Source: an uncultured Collinsella sp.
Lineage (GTDB): Bacteria > Actinomycetota > Coriobacteriia > Coriobacteriales > Coriobacteriaceae
Length of the DNA: 64,000 bases
Assembly: GCA_900541185.1 (NCBI GenBank)
Contig: UQIQ01000001.1
Location: forward strand, 6,921 to 70,920
Reading direction: 5' to 3'
This document shows, piece by piece, positions 36,452 through 45,475 of the stretch. Made by a program: the position numbers and the translations under genes. Within the stretch, counting starts at the first letter, position 1. Every line of letters starts with the position of its first letter. The notes beneath the pieces were generated by a model that was given only the letters and a program-made list of their open reading frames with translations, ran no database searches and had not been told where the DNA came from.

Positions 36452-36574
36452 TCTGTTCCATCCTTTCGAAATACTAATGACATCGATTATATGGAACTTC
36501 CCAAGCGGCTCGGTCTTGGATTCGTGCTTTCCAGAACTCGCGCCCAAAAGGGGAGGGGCAATCCAGGCGAGCGC

Positions 36575-37228
36575 CTACTTGTCGCCGGCCGCCGCCTTGG
36601 CCTCATTGAGGTAGCTATAAAAACTGTACTTGGAGATGCCAAAGAACTCGCAGGCGCGCTCGCTCGACTTGGAAATGAGGAAGGCGCCGCGACGGTCGAG
36701 GTAGCCAATGGCACGAATACGCTCGTCTTTGGTCATGAGTGCCGCGGGCTTGCCCACAAACTGCTCGCACTCGTGCAGCAGGTCTTCGAGCAGGTCGCCG
36801 ATGTTCTTGGTAATGGGCTCGGGCTCGGTATAGCCCGTGCCGCCGGTGCCGGTAAAGGCGTCGAGCGAACGCTCAAAAGCCTTCATAAGCGTAATGTCAA
36901 AGTTGATGCCCAAAATGCCGACGGGCTTGCCCTCGTCGTTGCGGATAAAGATGGTCGAGGACTTGAGCAGCTTGCCATCGGTGGTTTTAGTGAGGTACGG
37001 CTCGCGGTCGTGTACGTCGGTGGCGCCCTCGTGCATGGACTCAAACACGATATGGCTGGGGCCGTCACCCAGTTTGCGTCCGCTGACGTGGCCGTTTTCG
37101 ATCACTACGATGGAGTGGTCCACGTCCTCGGTCTCCAGATCGTGGACGACGACTTCGCAGTTGGGGCCAAATTGGAGCGCCAGACCGTGTGCGAGGCGCT
37201 TGTAAAACTCAATCTGTGCGGGGGTCAT
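36575..37228 (-). CDS. YheO-like PAS-domain / HTH transcriptional regulator (paralogue 2)
   Basis: EVVVHDLETEDVDHSIVVIENGHVSGRKLGD is parallel to the paralogue at 15652-16359. C-terminal HTH (FFGISKYSFYSYLNE). AGGAAGG RBS. Confidence 0.75.
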   Translation of the reverse strand: MTPAQIEFYKRLAHGLALQFGPNCEVVVHDLETEDVDHSIVVIENGHVSGRKLGDGPSHIVFESMHEGATDVHDREPYLTKTTDGKLLKSSTIFIRNDEGKPVGILGINFDITLMKAFERSLDAFTGTGGTGYTEPEPITKNIGDLLEDLLHECEQFVGKPAALMTKDERIRAIGYLDRRGAFLISKSSERACEFFGISKYSFYSYLNEAKAAAGDK

Positions 37229-37366
37229 GGGTACCTTCCTAAAAATTAGTTTGGGCACACTTTGCCATAAACCACACATGACCGCAAACAAATCCATCAA
37301 CAAGGCAATTCATGACCGTTCGGCGGCGAAAAAGTACCGATTACGGCAACAAACAATTCGTTAGGT

Positions 37367-37419
37367 ATGCCAATCAAAAAGTGTGATAGAACATTACTAA
37401 CAAACTTTTTGTTTGGCAT
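37367..37419. promoter_or_regulatory. Inverted repeat (16-bp arms, 15/16 match, 21-bp spacer) between YheO-like gene 2 and dpaL
   Basis: ATGCCAATCAAAAAGT...ACTTTTTGTTTGGCAT lies in the divergent promoter region. Confidence 0.45.
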
Positions 37420-37505
37420 CCACATAAAAGTTCAGTCGCATGAATGGGAATGGGCTGAAACGCGTATGCGGGGGCCGGCAAGAGAGGACTTAAGGAGTTC
37501 ACCGT

Positions 37506-38720
37506 ATGGCCGATAAGATCCAGTGGGCGAGCAACACGATGCCCAAGAGCGATGACAAGCACTTGGGAATCATGAGCCTCGACCACGTGAAGAAGGCCCG
37601 TGCCTTCCACCAGTCGTTCCCCCAGTACACCGTCACTCCGCTTGCCCGCCTGGACGGCCAGGCCGCGCGCCTGGGCCTGTCCAACCTGTGCGTTAAGGAC
37701 GAGAGCTATCGCTTTGGCCTCAACGCCTTTAAGGTCCTGGGCGGCTCGTTTGCCATGGCCAACTACATTGCCAACGAGACCGGCAAGGACGTTGCCGACT
37801 GCACCTTCGATTACCTGACCTCCGATCAGCTTGCCAAGGACTTTGGCCAGGCCACCTTCTTTACCGCCACCGATGGCAACCATGGCCGCGGCGTGGCATG
37901 GGCTGCCAACAAGCTGGGCCAGAAGGCCGTCGTGCACATGCCCAAGGGTTCTACCAAGCCCCGCTTCGATAACATCGCCGCCGAGGGCGCCACGGTGACC
38001 ATCGAAGAGGTCAACTACGACGAGTGCGTGCGCATGGCCGCCGCCGAGGCCGACGCCTGCGAGCGCGGCGTCATCGTTCAGGACACCGCCTGGGAGGGCT
38101 ACGAGAAGATTCCGTCCTGGATCATGGAGGGCTACGGCACCATGGCTTCCGAGGCTGCCGAGCAGCTGCGCGAGATGGCCATCAACCGCCCGACGCACGT
38201 GTTTGTCCAGGCTGGCGTGGGTTCGCTCGCCGGCGCCGTGGTGGGCTACTTCACCAACCTGTATCCCGATAACCCGCCTACCTTTGTCGTGGTTGAGTGC
38301 GCTCCTGCCGCCTGCCTGTACAAGGGCGCTGCCGCCGGCGACGGCGATCCGCGCATCGTGGACGGTGACATGCCCTCCATCATGGCCGGTCTGTGCTGCG
38401 GCGAGCCCAACATCTTGGGCTGGGATATCCTGCGCAACCACACCACCGCCTTCGTGTCCTGCCCCGACTGGGTCACCGCTCGCGGCATGCGCACCCTGGG
38501 CGCTCCCGAGAAGGGCGACCCGCGCGTCATCTCCGGCGAGTCTGGCGCGGTGACCACCGGCCTGGTCGAGACTCTCATGCTCGATCCCGAGTACGCCGAG
38601 CTCAAGGAACTCATCGGCCTGGACAAGACGAGCTCCGTGCTCTGCTTCTCCACGGAAGGTGACACGGACCCCGACCAGTATCGCCGCATTGTTTGGGAAG
38701 GCGAATATCCCACTTGCTAA
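37506..38720 (+). CDS. dpaL: Diaminopropionate ammonia-lyase (YgeX/DpaL-like, PLP-dependent)
   Basis: FHQSFPQYTVTPL...KDESYRFGLNAFKVLGG (PLP lysine motif). AAGGAG RBS. Confidence 0.85.
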   Translation: MADKIQWASNTMPKSDDKHLGIMSLDHVKKARAFHQSFPQYTVTPLARLDGQAARLGLSNLCVKDESYRFGLNAFKVLGGSFAMANYIANETGKDVADCTFDYLTSDQLAKDFGQATFFTATDGNHGRGVAWAANKLGQKAVVHMPKGSTKPRFDNIAAEGATVTIEEVNYDECVRMAAAEADACERGVIVQDTAWEGYEKIPSWIMEGYGTMASEAAEQLREMAINRPTHVFVQAGVGSLAGAVVGYFTNLYPDNPPTFVVVECAPAACLYKGAAAGDGDPRIVDGDMPSIMAGLCCGEPNILGWDILRNHTTAFVSCPDWVTARGMRTLGAPEKGDPRVISGESGAVTTGLVETLMLDPEYAELKELIGLDKTSSVLCFSTEGDTDPDQYRRIVWEGEYPTC

Positions 38721-38794
38721 TCGTTGGGGCGGAGTAAATAGGTATCGCTCCGCCACCTCACAGGTAGATTCCTTCGTATGAAAGGTTATGAACA

Positions 38795-40180
38795 ATGGCT
38801 AAGGAACTCGATTTCGACGCAATCAAGGCTGCTGCTGAGTCTCATCGTGCTGATATGACTCGTTTCCTGCGCGCTATGATCTCCCATCCCTCTGAGTCCT
38901 GCGAGGAGGGTGAGGTTGTCGCCTGCATCAAGGCCGAGATGGAGAGCCTTGGCTATGACGAGGTCAAGGTCGACGGCCTGGGCAACGTCATGGGCTTTAT
39001 GGGCGAGGGCGACAAGATCATCGCCATCGACTCCCACATCGACACCGTCGGCATCGGCAACATCGAGAACTGGGATGCCGATCCCTATGAGGGCTACGAG
39101 ACCGACGAGATCATCTACGGCCGCGGCGGCTCTGACCAGGAGGGCGGCATGGCTTCTGCTACCTACGCTGCCAAGATGATGAAGGACATGGGCCTCATCC
39201 CCGAGGGCTACAAGATCATGGTTGTCGGCACCGTCCAGGAAGAGGACTGCGACGGCATGTGCTGGCAGTACATCTACAACAAGGATGGCATTAAGCCCGA
39301 GTTCGTCATTTCCACCGAACCCACCGACGGCGGCATCTATCGCGGTCACCGCGGCCGCATGGAGATCCGCGTCGACGTTCACGGTACCTCCTGCCACGGC
39401 TCCGCTCCCGACCGCGGCGACAACGCCATCTACAAGATGGCCGACATCATCGCCGACGTCCGCGCCCTCAACAACAACGGCTGCGACGAGTCGACCGACA
39501 TCAAGGGTCTCGTCAAGATGCTCGACCCCAAGTACAATCCCGAGCACTTCGAGGATGCCCGCTTCCTGGGCCGCGGCACCTGCACCGTCAGCCAGATCTT
39601 CTACACCAGCCCCAGCCGCTGCGCCGTGGCCGACTCCTGCGCCATCTCCATCGACCGTCGTATGACCGCCGGTGAGACCTGGGAGTCCTGCCTGGACGAG
39701 ATCCGCAACCTGCCGGCAGCCAAGAAGTACGGTGACGACGTGAAGGTCTCCATGTACATGTACGACCGTCCGTCCTGGACCGGCGAGGTCTACGAGACCG
39801 AGGCTTACTTCCCCACGTGGATCAACAAGGAGACCGCTCCGCACGTCAAGGCCCTCGTCGACGCCCACAAGGCCATGTTTGGTGACGAGCGCATCGGCTG
39901 CGAGCCCAGCATGGACAAGCGCACCGGTCGCCCGCTGTGCGACAAGTGGACCTTCTCCACGAACTGCGTCTCCATCCAGGGCCGTTACGGCATCCCCTGC
40001 GTGGGCTTTGGCCCGGGTGCCGAGTCTCAGGCTCACGCCCCCAACGAGGTCACCTACAAGGATGACCTGGTCACCGCTGCCGCCATGTACGTGGCTGCCC
40101 TGAACCTCTACGATCCGAGCCAGGCCGATGGCGACGCCACCGTGTTCCGCGCCGGTCTGACCAACAACAAGATCGATTAG
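38795..40180 (+). CDS. ygeY: YgeY-family M20 peptidase/deacylase
   Basis: M20 motifs ([11 protein letters not shown]; [13 protein letters not shown]). 461 aa. Lies between the ygeX and ygeW homologues, as in the E. coli cluster. Confidence 0.8.
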   Translation: MAKELDFDAIKAAAESHRADMTRFLRAMISHPSESCEEGEVVACIKAEMESLGYDEVKVDGLGNVMGFMGEGDKIIAIDSHIDTVGIGNIENWDADPYEGYETDEIIYGRGGSDQEGGMASATYAAKMMKDMGLIPEGYKIMVVGTVQEEDCDGMCWQYIYNKDGIKPEFVISTEPTDGGIYRGHRGRMEIRVDVHGTSCHGSAPDRGDNAIYKMADIIADVRALNNNGCDESTDIKGLVKMLDPKYNPEHFEDARFLGRGTCTVSQIFYTSPSRCAVADSCAISIDRRMTAGETWESCLDEIRNLPAAKKYGDDVKVSMYMYDRPSWTGEVYETEAYFPTWINKETAPHVKALVDAHKAMFGDERIGCEPSMDKRTGRPLCDKWTFSTNCVSIQGRYGIPCVGFGPGAESQAHAPNEVTYKDDLVTAAAMYVAALNLYDPSQADGDATVFRAGLTNNKID

Positions 40181-40381
40181 TCCCATTCCTCGATTTTGTT
40201 GAGCCGGGGGCCGCTCGTGTCCCCGGCGCTCCCTGTTGACTTGGGGCCCGCGGTCGTTATCTCCCATGCTTCCTCAACGGTGGCGGGTCCTCGTCATGGT
40301 GCTCTGCATGTTCTAGCCACACGCGCATGCCGGAGCACATCTACTCATTGCGATCGTTTCATCTTTAGAAAGGACATTTCC

Positions 40382-41584
40382 ATGGACGCTAAGTTTACCG
40401 AGCTCGTCGAGCAGCTGAACGGCCTCGATTTTAAGGGCATGTACGGCAGCGACTTCCTGCACACCTGGGACAAGACCACCGATGAGCTCAAGGCTCTCTA
40501 CATCGTCGCCGACGCCCTGCGCGAGCTGCGTGAGAACAACGTTTCGTCCAAGATCTTCGACTCGGGCCTGGCCGTCTCCCTGTTCCGCGACAACTCCACC
40601 CGTACGCGTTTCTCTTTCTCTAAGGCCGCCAACCTGCTCGGCCTTGAGCTGCAGGACCTGGACGAGAAGAAGTCCCAGATCGCCCACGGCGAGACCGTCC
40701 GCGAGACCGCTACCATGATCTCCTTCATGGCCGACGTCATCGGCATCCGCGATGACATGTACATCGGCAAGGGCGATGCCTACATGGCCGAGGTCTCCGA
40801 GTCCGTGCAGCAGGCCTACGAGGATGGCGTTCTGGATCACCGTCCCACGCTCATCTCTCTGCAGTCCGATTCCGACCACCCCACGCAGTCCTCTGCCGAC
40901 ATGCTCTACCTCATCAACGAGTTTGGCGGCCTCGAGAACCTTAAGGGCAAGAAGGTTGCCGTCACCTGGGCCTATTCGCCCTCTTACGGCAAGCCGTTGT
41001 CCTGCCCGCAGTCGCTGATCAGCCTGCTGCCCCGCTTTGGCATGGACGTCACCCTGGCTCACCCCGAGGGCTACGACCTCATGCCCGAGGTCGTCGAGCG
41101 CGCCAAGAGCTATGCCGCCGAGTCCGGCACCACCTTTAAGCAGGTCAACACCATGGCCGAGGCCTTCGAGGGCGCCGACATCGTGATCCCCAAGAGCTGG
41201 GCTCCGTTTGCCGCCATGGAGAAGCGCACCAACCTGTACGCCGAGGGCGACGACGCCGGCATCGCAGCGCTCGAGAAGGAGCTGCTCGCCCAGAACGCCA
41301 CCCATCAGGACTGGTGCTCCACGACCGAGCTCATGGAGAAGACCGCCAACGGCCAGGACACTATCTTTATGCACCCGCTGCCCGCCGACATCTCCGGTGT
41401 CTCCTGCGAGCACGGCGAGGTTAACGCCGACGTCTTCGACATGCACCGCGTGGGCATGTACAAGGAGGCCAGCTACAAGCCGTACGCCATCGCTGCCATG
41501 ATGTTCCTGCAGAAGGTTGCCGATCCCGCCGCTACCCTCAAGGCCCTCGACGAGCGTAACACCGCCCGTTGGCTCCAGGCCTAA
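40382..41584 (+). CDS. ygeW: YgeW-like (knotted) carbamoyltransferase
   Basis: SLFRDNSTRTRFSF carbamoyl-phosphate-binding STRTR motif and HPLPA. 400 aa. The upstream ORF extension was rejected. Confidence 0.85.
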   Translation: MDAKFTELVEQLNGLDFKGMYGSDFLHTWDKTTDELKALYIVADALRELRENNVSSKIFDSGLAVSLFRDNSTRTRFSFSKAANLLGLELQDLDEKKSQIAHGETVRETATMISFMADVIGIRDDMYIGKGDAYMAEVSESVQQAYEDGVLDHRPTLISLQSDSDHPTQSSADMLYLINEFGGLENLKGKKVAVTWAYSPSYGKPLSCPQSLISLLPRFGMDVTLAHPEGYDLMPEVVERAKSYAAESGTTFKQVNTMAEAFEGADIVIPKSWAPFAAMEKRTNLYAEGDDAGIAALEKELLAQNATHQDWCSTTELMEKTANGQDTIFMHPLPADISGVSCEHGEVNADVFDMHRVGMYKEASYKPYAIAAMMFLQKVADPAATLKALDERNTARWLQA

Positions 41585-41607
41585 AGCCGGGTTGAGGTAA
41601 GCCATGT

Positions 41608-41648
41608 AAAGGGGGCGCTCTGCCAACCGGCGGGGTGCCCCCTTTTTG
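41608..41648 (+). terminator. Intrinsic terminator after the ygeW-like gene
   Basis: AAAGGGGGC...GCCCCC followed by TTTTTG. Confidence 0.7.
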
Positions 41649-41734
41649 CATCGCGGGCGTGCGGGATAAGCGCTTTCGATGTGGATGCCCGCGGCGCGCG
41701 TTATGGGTACGATGGTTTCAGGGGAGGTATCACC

Positions 41735-42349
41735 ATGAGACTTGGATGCGTCATTATGGCTTCGGGCGAGGGCAAGCGGTTTGGCTCTAACAAGATGCTT
41801 GCCGATATCTATGGCGAGCCGCTGATTGCCCGGACCATCGATTCGGTTCCCCGGGGCTTTGACGTCGTGGTTTCGACGCGTTGGCCCGAGGTCGCCCAGA
41901 TTTGCGAGGACAAGCATTGCCCGTGCGTGCTGCACGATGGCGGGCTGCGCAGCGAAAGCGTCCGTGCGGGCCTTTCATGGGGAGTCGAACGCAACTGGAA
42001 AGGTTGCCTCTTTTTGCCGGGCGACCAGCCGCTCGTGAGTTCGGATTCTTTTGATGCCATGGTTCGCGCATTTGACGAGCGTGGCCGCAAACATCCGGTG
42101 CGCTTGGCGTGCAGCGGTGAGCCTTCGAGCCCGGTGCTCTTTCCGGCGGAACTGTTCGATGCACTTATGTGTCTTGAGGGCAAGGACGGCGGGGGCTCGA
42201 TTCTCGAAGGTCGCGTCGACGTTGCGCTGGTCGAGGCGCGTGCCTACGAGCTGTGGGACGTCGATACCGTCAAGGGACAGCGACGCATAACGGAGCATAT
42301 TGCCGCCTGCTCGTATTTTGATCGCGTGGCCAACTGTATTAATCAATAA
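41735..42349 (+). CDS. mocA: MobA/MocA-like molybdenum cofactor nucleotidyltransferase (YgfJ-like)
   Basis: VIMASGEGKRFGSNKML N-terminal NTP-transferase motif and LPGDQP. GGGGAGG RBS. Confidence 0.75.
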   Translation: MRLGCVIMASGEGKRFGSNKMLADIYGEPLIARTIDSVPRGFDVVVSTRWPEVAQICEDKHCPCVLHDGGLRSESVRAGLSWGVERNWKGCLFLPGDQPLVSSDSFDAMVRAFDERGRKHPVRLACSGEPSSPVLFPAELFDALMCLEGKDGGGSILEGRVDVALVEARAYELWDVDTVKGQRRITEHIAACSYFDRVANCINQ

Positions 42350-42357
42350 GGAGCAAC

Positions 42358-43725
42358 ATGATCATCATCAAAAACGGCGCGCTCGTGACGCCACAGGGGC
42401 TTCGCCGCGCCGATCTTGCCATGGATGACGATAAGATCGTGCGGATTGCCGCGGCAATCGAGCCTGGCGAGGGCGATACCGTCCAGGACGCCACCGACTG
42501 TTGGGTGTTCCCCGGCTTTATCGACGGCCACACGCACATGCAGTGCTGGACCGGCATGGACTGGACGGCCGATAGCTTTGAGACCGGCACGCGCGCGGCT
42601 GCCTGCGGCGGCACGACGACCATCGTGGACTACGCGACGGCCGATCGCGGCGTGACCATGCCCGATGCCCTTGCCGAGTGGCATCGCCGCGCCGACGGCA
42701 CCTGCACGGCCAACTACGCCTTTCATATGGCACTCGCCGAGTGGAACGAGCACAACCGCGCCGATCTTTCGGCCATGCGCGAGGCGGGCGTGTCGTCGTT
42801 TAAGACCTATTTTGCCTACGACCATCTGCGCTTGAACGATGCCGAGACGCTCGAGGTGCTGGAGGAGCTCAAGCGCCTGGGCGGTATCCTGTGCGTGCAT
42901 TGCGAGAACGGCACGTTGGTCAACGCGCTGCAGAAGCGCGTGTTTGAGCAGGGTATCCACGGGCCCGAGGGCCATGCGCTCAGCCGTCCGGACGTGTGTG
43001 AGGCCGAGGCCGTGAGCCGCCTGCTGTATCTGGCTCACTTGGCCGGGGACGCTCCGGTCAACGTGGTGCACCTTTCGACCAGGCTGGGGCTCGAGGCCAT
43101 TCGCGCTGCCAAAGCGCGCGGGCAGAAGAACATCTATGTCGAGACCTGCCCTCAGTATCTGATGCTCGACGATACTTGCTACTTGGAGCAGGGCGAGGAC
43201 GGCTTTGCGGGTGCCAAGTACGTGATGAGCCCGCCGCTGCGCCATGCCGGCGACCGTGCAGCCCTGCGCGAGGCGCTTGTGGCCGGCGAGATCGATACTA
43301 TTGCGACCGATCATTGCAGCTTTAACCTGCATGGGCAAAAGGACCGCGGGCGCGACGATTTTCGCGCGATTCCCAACGGTGGGCCCGGCGTGGAGCATCG
43401 TCCCGTCGCGATTGCCACGAGCTTTGAGGGACAGCTGGGACCCGAGGATCTGTGCCGCTTGATGAGCGAGAACCCGGCGCGCGTCTTTGGCATGTACCCG
43501 CGCAAGGGCTGTCTTGCCGAGGGCGCCGATGCCGACGTGTGCGTGTGGGATCCGTGCGCGCGTTGGACGATCAGCGCCGCGACACAGCATCAGGCCGTGG
43601 ACTACACGCCGCTCGAGGGCTTTGAGGCACATGGCCGCGCCAAGGCCGTGTTTGTGAACGGCGTGCTGGTGGCGCGCGATGGCGAGCCCACCGGAGCCCA
43701 GCCCGGTCGCTACGTGCCTCGCTAG
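42358..43725 (+). CDS. hyuA: D-hydantoinase/dihydropyrimidinase family amidohydrolase (HyuA/YgeZ-like)
   Basis: PGFIDGHTHM HxH motif, SFKTYFAY carboxylated-Lys region, ATDHCSF. AAGGAG RBS. Confidence 0.85.
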   Translation: MIIIKNGALVTPQGLRRADLAMDDDKIVRIAAAIEPGEGDTVQDATDCWVFPGFIDGHTHMQCWTGMDWTADSFETGTRAAACGGTTTIVDYATADRGVTMPDALAEWHRRADGTCTANYAFHMALAEWNEHNRADLSAMREAGVSSFKTYFAYDHLRLNDAETLEVLEELKRLGGILCVHCENGTLVNALQKRVFEQGIHGPEGHALSRPDVCEAEAVSRLLYLAHLAGDAPVNVVHLSTRLGLEAIRAAKARGQKNIYVETCPQYLMLDDTCYLEQGEDGFAGAKYVMSPPLRHAGDRAALREALVAGEIDTIATDHCSFNLHGQKDRGRDDFRAIPNGGPGVEHRPVAIATSFEGQLGPEDLCRLMSENPARVFGMYPRKGCLAEGADADVCVWDPCARWTISAATQHQAVDYTPLEGFEAHGRAKAVFVNGVLVARDGEPTGAQPGRYVPR

Positions 43726-43751
43726 CAGCAAAGATGCCGTGTCCCCTCCGC

Positions 43752-43819
43752 AGTTGCGGTGAAATACGGACTGTTTGCGGCCGTCATACGGCCAAACAGT
43801 CCGTATTTCACCGCAACTG
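43752..43819. repeat. 67-bp palindromic element, copy 1 (26-bp arms)
   Basis: AGTTGCGGTGAAATACGGACTGTTTG-loop-CAAACAGTCCGTATTTCACCGCAACT. Lies between the convergent hyuA and yqeC genes, with no flanking U-tract. Confidence 0.9.
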
Positions 43820-43834
43820 ACGAGATGGGGCCGG

Positions 43835-44569
43835 CTACTTGAGGCTGGTGGCGATGAGGGGGCGGTTGAGGGCTGCCTCGAAGCGATCTGCCATCGTGGG
43901 GTCGCTGAGCGTGTCGACTTGGTTGAGCATGATGCGGGCATTGTTGAGGTTCAGCATCCGCAGCTCGGCATTGAGCACCTGGGCGACGCGCTCTGGGGTG
44001 GCAGTGTCGGTGAGCTCGCAGCCGCAACGCTCGCAAAAGAGCTCGGGGCGGTGGACAACCTCGGCGACGGGTTTGCCCAGTCCCGAGGCGCCGACGACCC
44101 AGACAACGTTTGCCGTGGCGGCGGGAATTACCGGCTCCCAGGCGGCATGCGCCTTGAGCGGGAGTCGCTTGCTGCCATCTGCCTCGGCCAACACATAGTC
44201 ATAGCGCTGCGCCAGCTCGTTGAGCGGCTCGGCGGGGGCGGAGAGCTTGCCTGTCTCCGGGTCCAAAACACCTGCCTGGCAGATGCTTCCGCGGGCAAGT
44301 CCCGCGCATGCCTCGCAGGTGCAGCCGGGAACATGCAGGGTCCCCGGCTTCCAAGGCGCGGCGTCCAGGCGACGGCTCGACCCGTCCCATGGCACGCCGG
44401 CGACGGGAAACATGTGCGTGGTGGTGCAGAGGAGCACCCTGCCGCCGGCGCGCATGAGCTCAAGGCCGAGCGTCTTCAGCAATGTCGACTTGCCGCCACT
44501 GCCGATAATTGCGGTAATGCCCGGCTCGATCTTGAGCGCGGAGGCAAGGTTTCCGCTCGTCGTTTCCAT
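43835..44569 (-). CDS. yqeC: YqeC-family selenium-dependent hydroxylase accessory protein
   Basis: P-loop ITAIIGSGGKSTLL. 244 aa. Context with yqeB/xdhC/mocA homologues. Confidence 0.75.
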   Translation of the reverse strand: METTSGNLASALKIEPGITAIIGSGGKSTLLKTLGLELMRAGGRVLLCTTTHMFPVAGVPWDGSSRRLDAAPWKPGTLHVPGCTCEACAGLARGSICQAGVLDPETGKLSAPAEPLNELAQRYDYVLAEADGSKRLPLKAHAAWEPVIPAATANVVWVVGASGLGKPVAEVVHRPELFCERCGCELTDTATPERVAQVLNAELRMLNLNNARIMLNQVDTLSDPTMADRFEAALNRPLIATSLK

Positions 44570-44671
44570 CTGTTCACCGCCGTATAATACTGTGATAATA
44601 AATAATCATCAGAGTAGCGGTCGAACCGCTTTTGCTCTGCTCAAACCGTAGCACAGGGAGGTGCCCCGGGA

Positions 44672-45466
44672 ATGCTCGTTTATGTTCGCGGCGCTGGCGA
44701 TATCGCCACGGGCGTCGCCGCTCGCTTGGTTCGCGCCGGCGTGTCGGTCGTTATGGCCGATATCGCGGTTCCCACGTGCATCCGCCGCACAATCAGTTTT
44801 TGCGAGGCCATTCGCCTGGGCGAGGTCGAGGTCGAAGGCATTCGCGCTCGCTTTGCACTGACGCCGGCTGAGGCGCTCGAGATTACCCAAGCGGGGGATG
44901 TTGCCGTCGTGGTGGACCCTCAGGCCAAGATGCTTGATGAGCTTAAACCCGCGGCTGTGGTCGACGCGATTTTGGCCAAGCGCAACCTGAGCACCACGCG
45001 CGACATGGCGCCTGCCGTCATCGCCGTGGGGCCGGGCTTTACCGCGCCGGTTGACTGTGACGCCGTGGTCGAGACCATGCGCGGGCATTTTCTCGGCCGT
45101 GTCATTACCCAAGGTTCGCCGCAGCCCAACACGGGTGTGCCGGGCATTATCGCTGGCTATGGCAAGGAGCGCGTTATCCACAGCCCCGCCGACGGCGTGT
45201 TTCGGTCTGACCGCGCAATCGGCGACATCGTGAGCGCCGGCGACGTGATTGGCTACGCGGGCGATACGCCCATGTGCACGCAGATCGATGGCTGTATGCG
45301 CGGGCTTTTGGCGAACGGCGTGCAGGTGACTGAGGGCTTTAAATGTGCCGATGTCGATCCGCGTGGCGATGCCAGCTATATCAACTACATTTCGGACAAG
45401 GCGACGTCGGTCGGAGGCGGTGTGCTCGAGGCACTCGCTATGCTCACCGATGTCTTTAGAGGATAG
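44672..45466 (+). CDS. yqeB: YqeB-family protein (selenium-dependent molybdenum hydroxylase system)
   Basis: MLVYVRGAGDIATGVAARLVRAGVSVVMADIAVPTCIRR Rossmann-like N-terminus typical of the family (assignment from memory); context. Confidence 0.65.
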   Translation: MLVYVRGAGDIATGVAARLVRAGVSVVMADIAVPTCIRRTISFCEAIRLGEVEVEGIRARFALTPAEALEITQAGDVAVVVDPQAKMLDELKPAAVVDAILAKRNLSTTRDMAPAVIAVGPGFTAPVDCDAVVETMRGHFLGRVITQGSPQPNTGVPGIIAGYGKERVIHSPADGVFRSDRAIGDIVSAGDVIGYAGDTPMCTQIDGCMRGLLANGVQVTEGFKCADVDPRGDASYINYISDKATSVGGGVLEALAMLTDVFRG

Positions 45467-45475
45467 AAGGCGGCA

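Noticed and set aside
37404-37430. Sigma-54 promoter (TGGCA-N7-TGC) at TTTGGCATCCACATAAAAG upstream of dpaL, by analogy with the E. coli ygeV regulon.
   Set aside because: The -24 GG is present, but there is no -12 GC element at the right spacing, and no enhancer-binding protein is encoded in the window.
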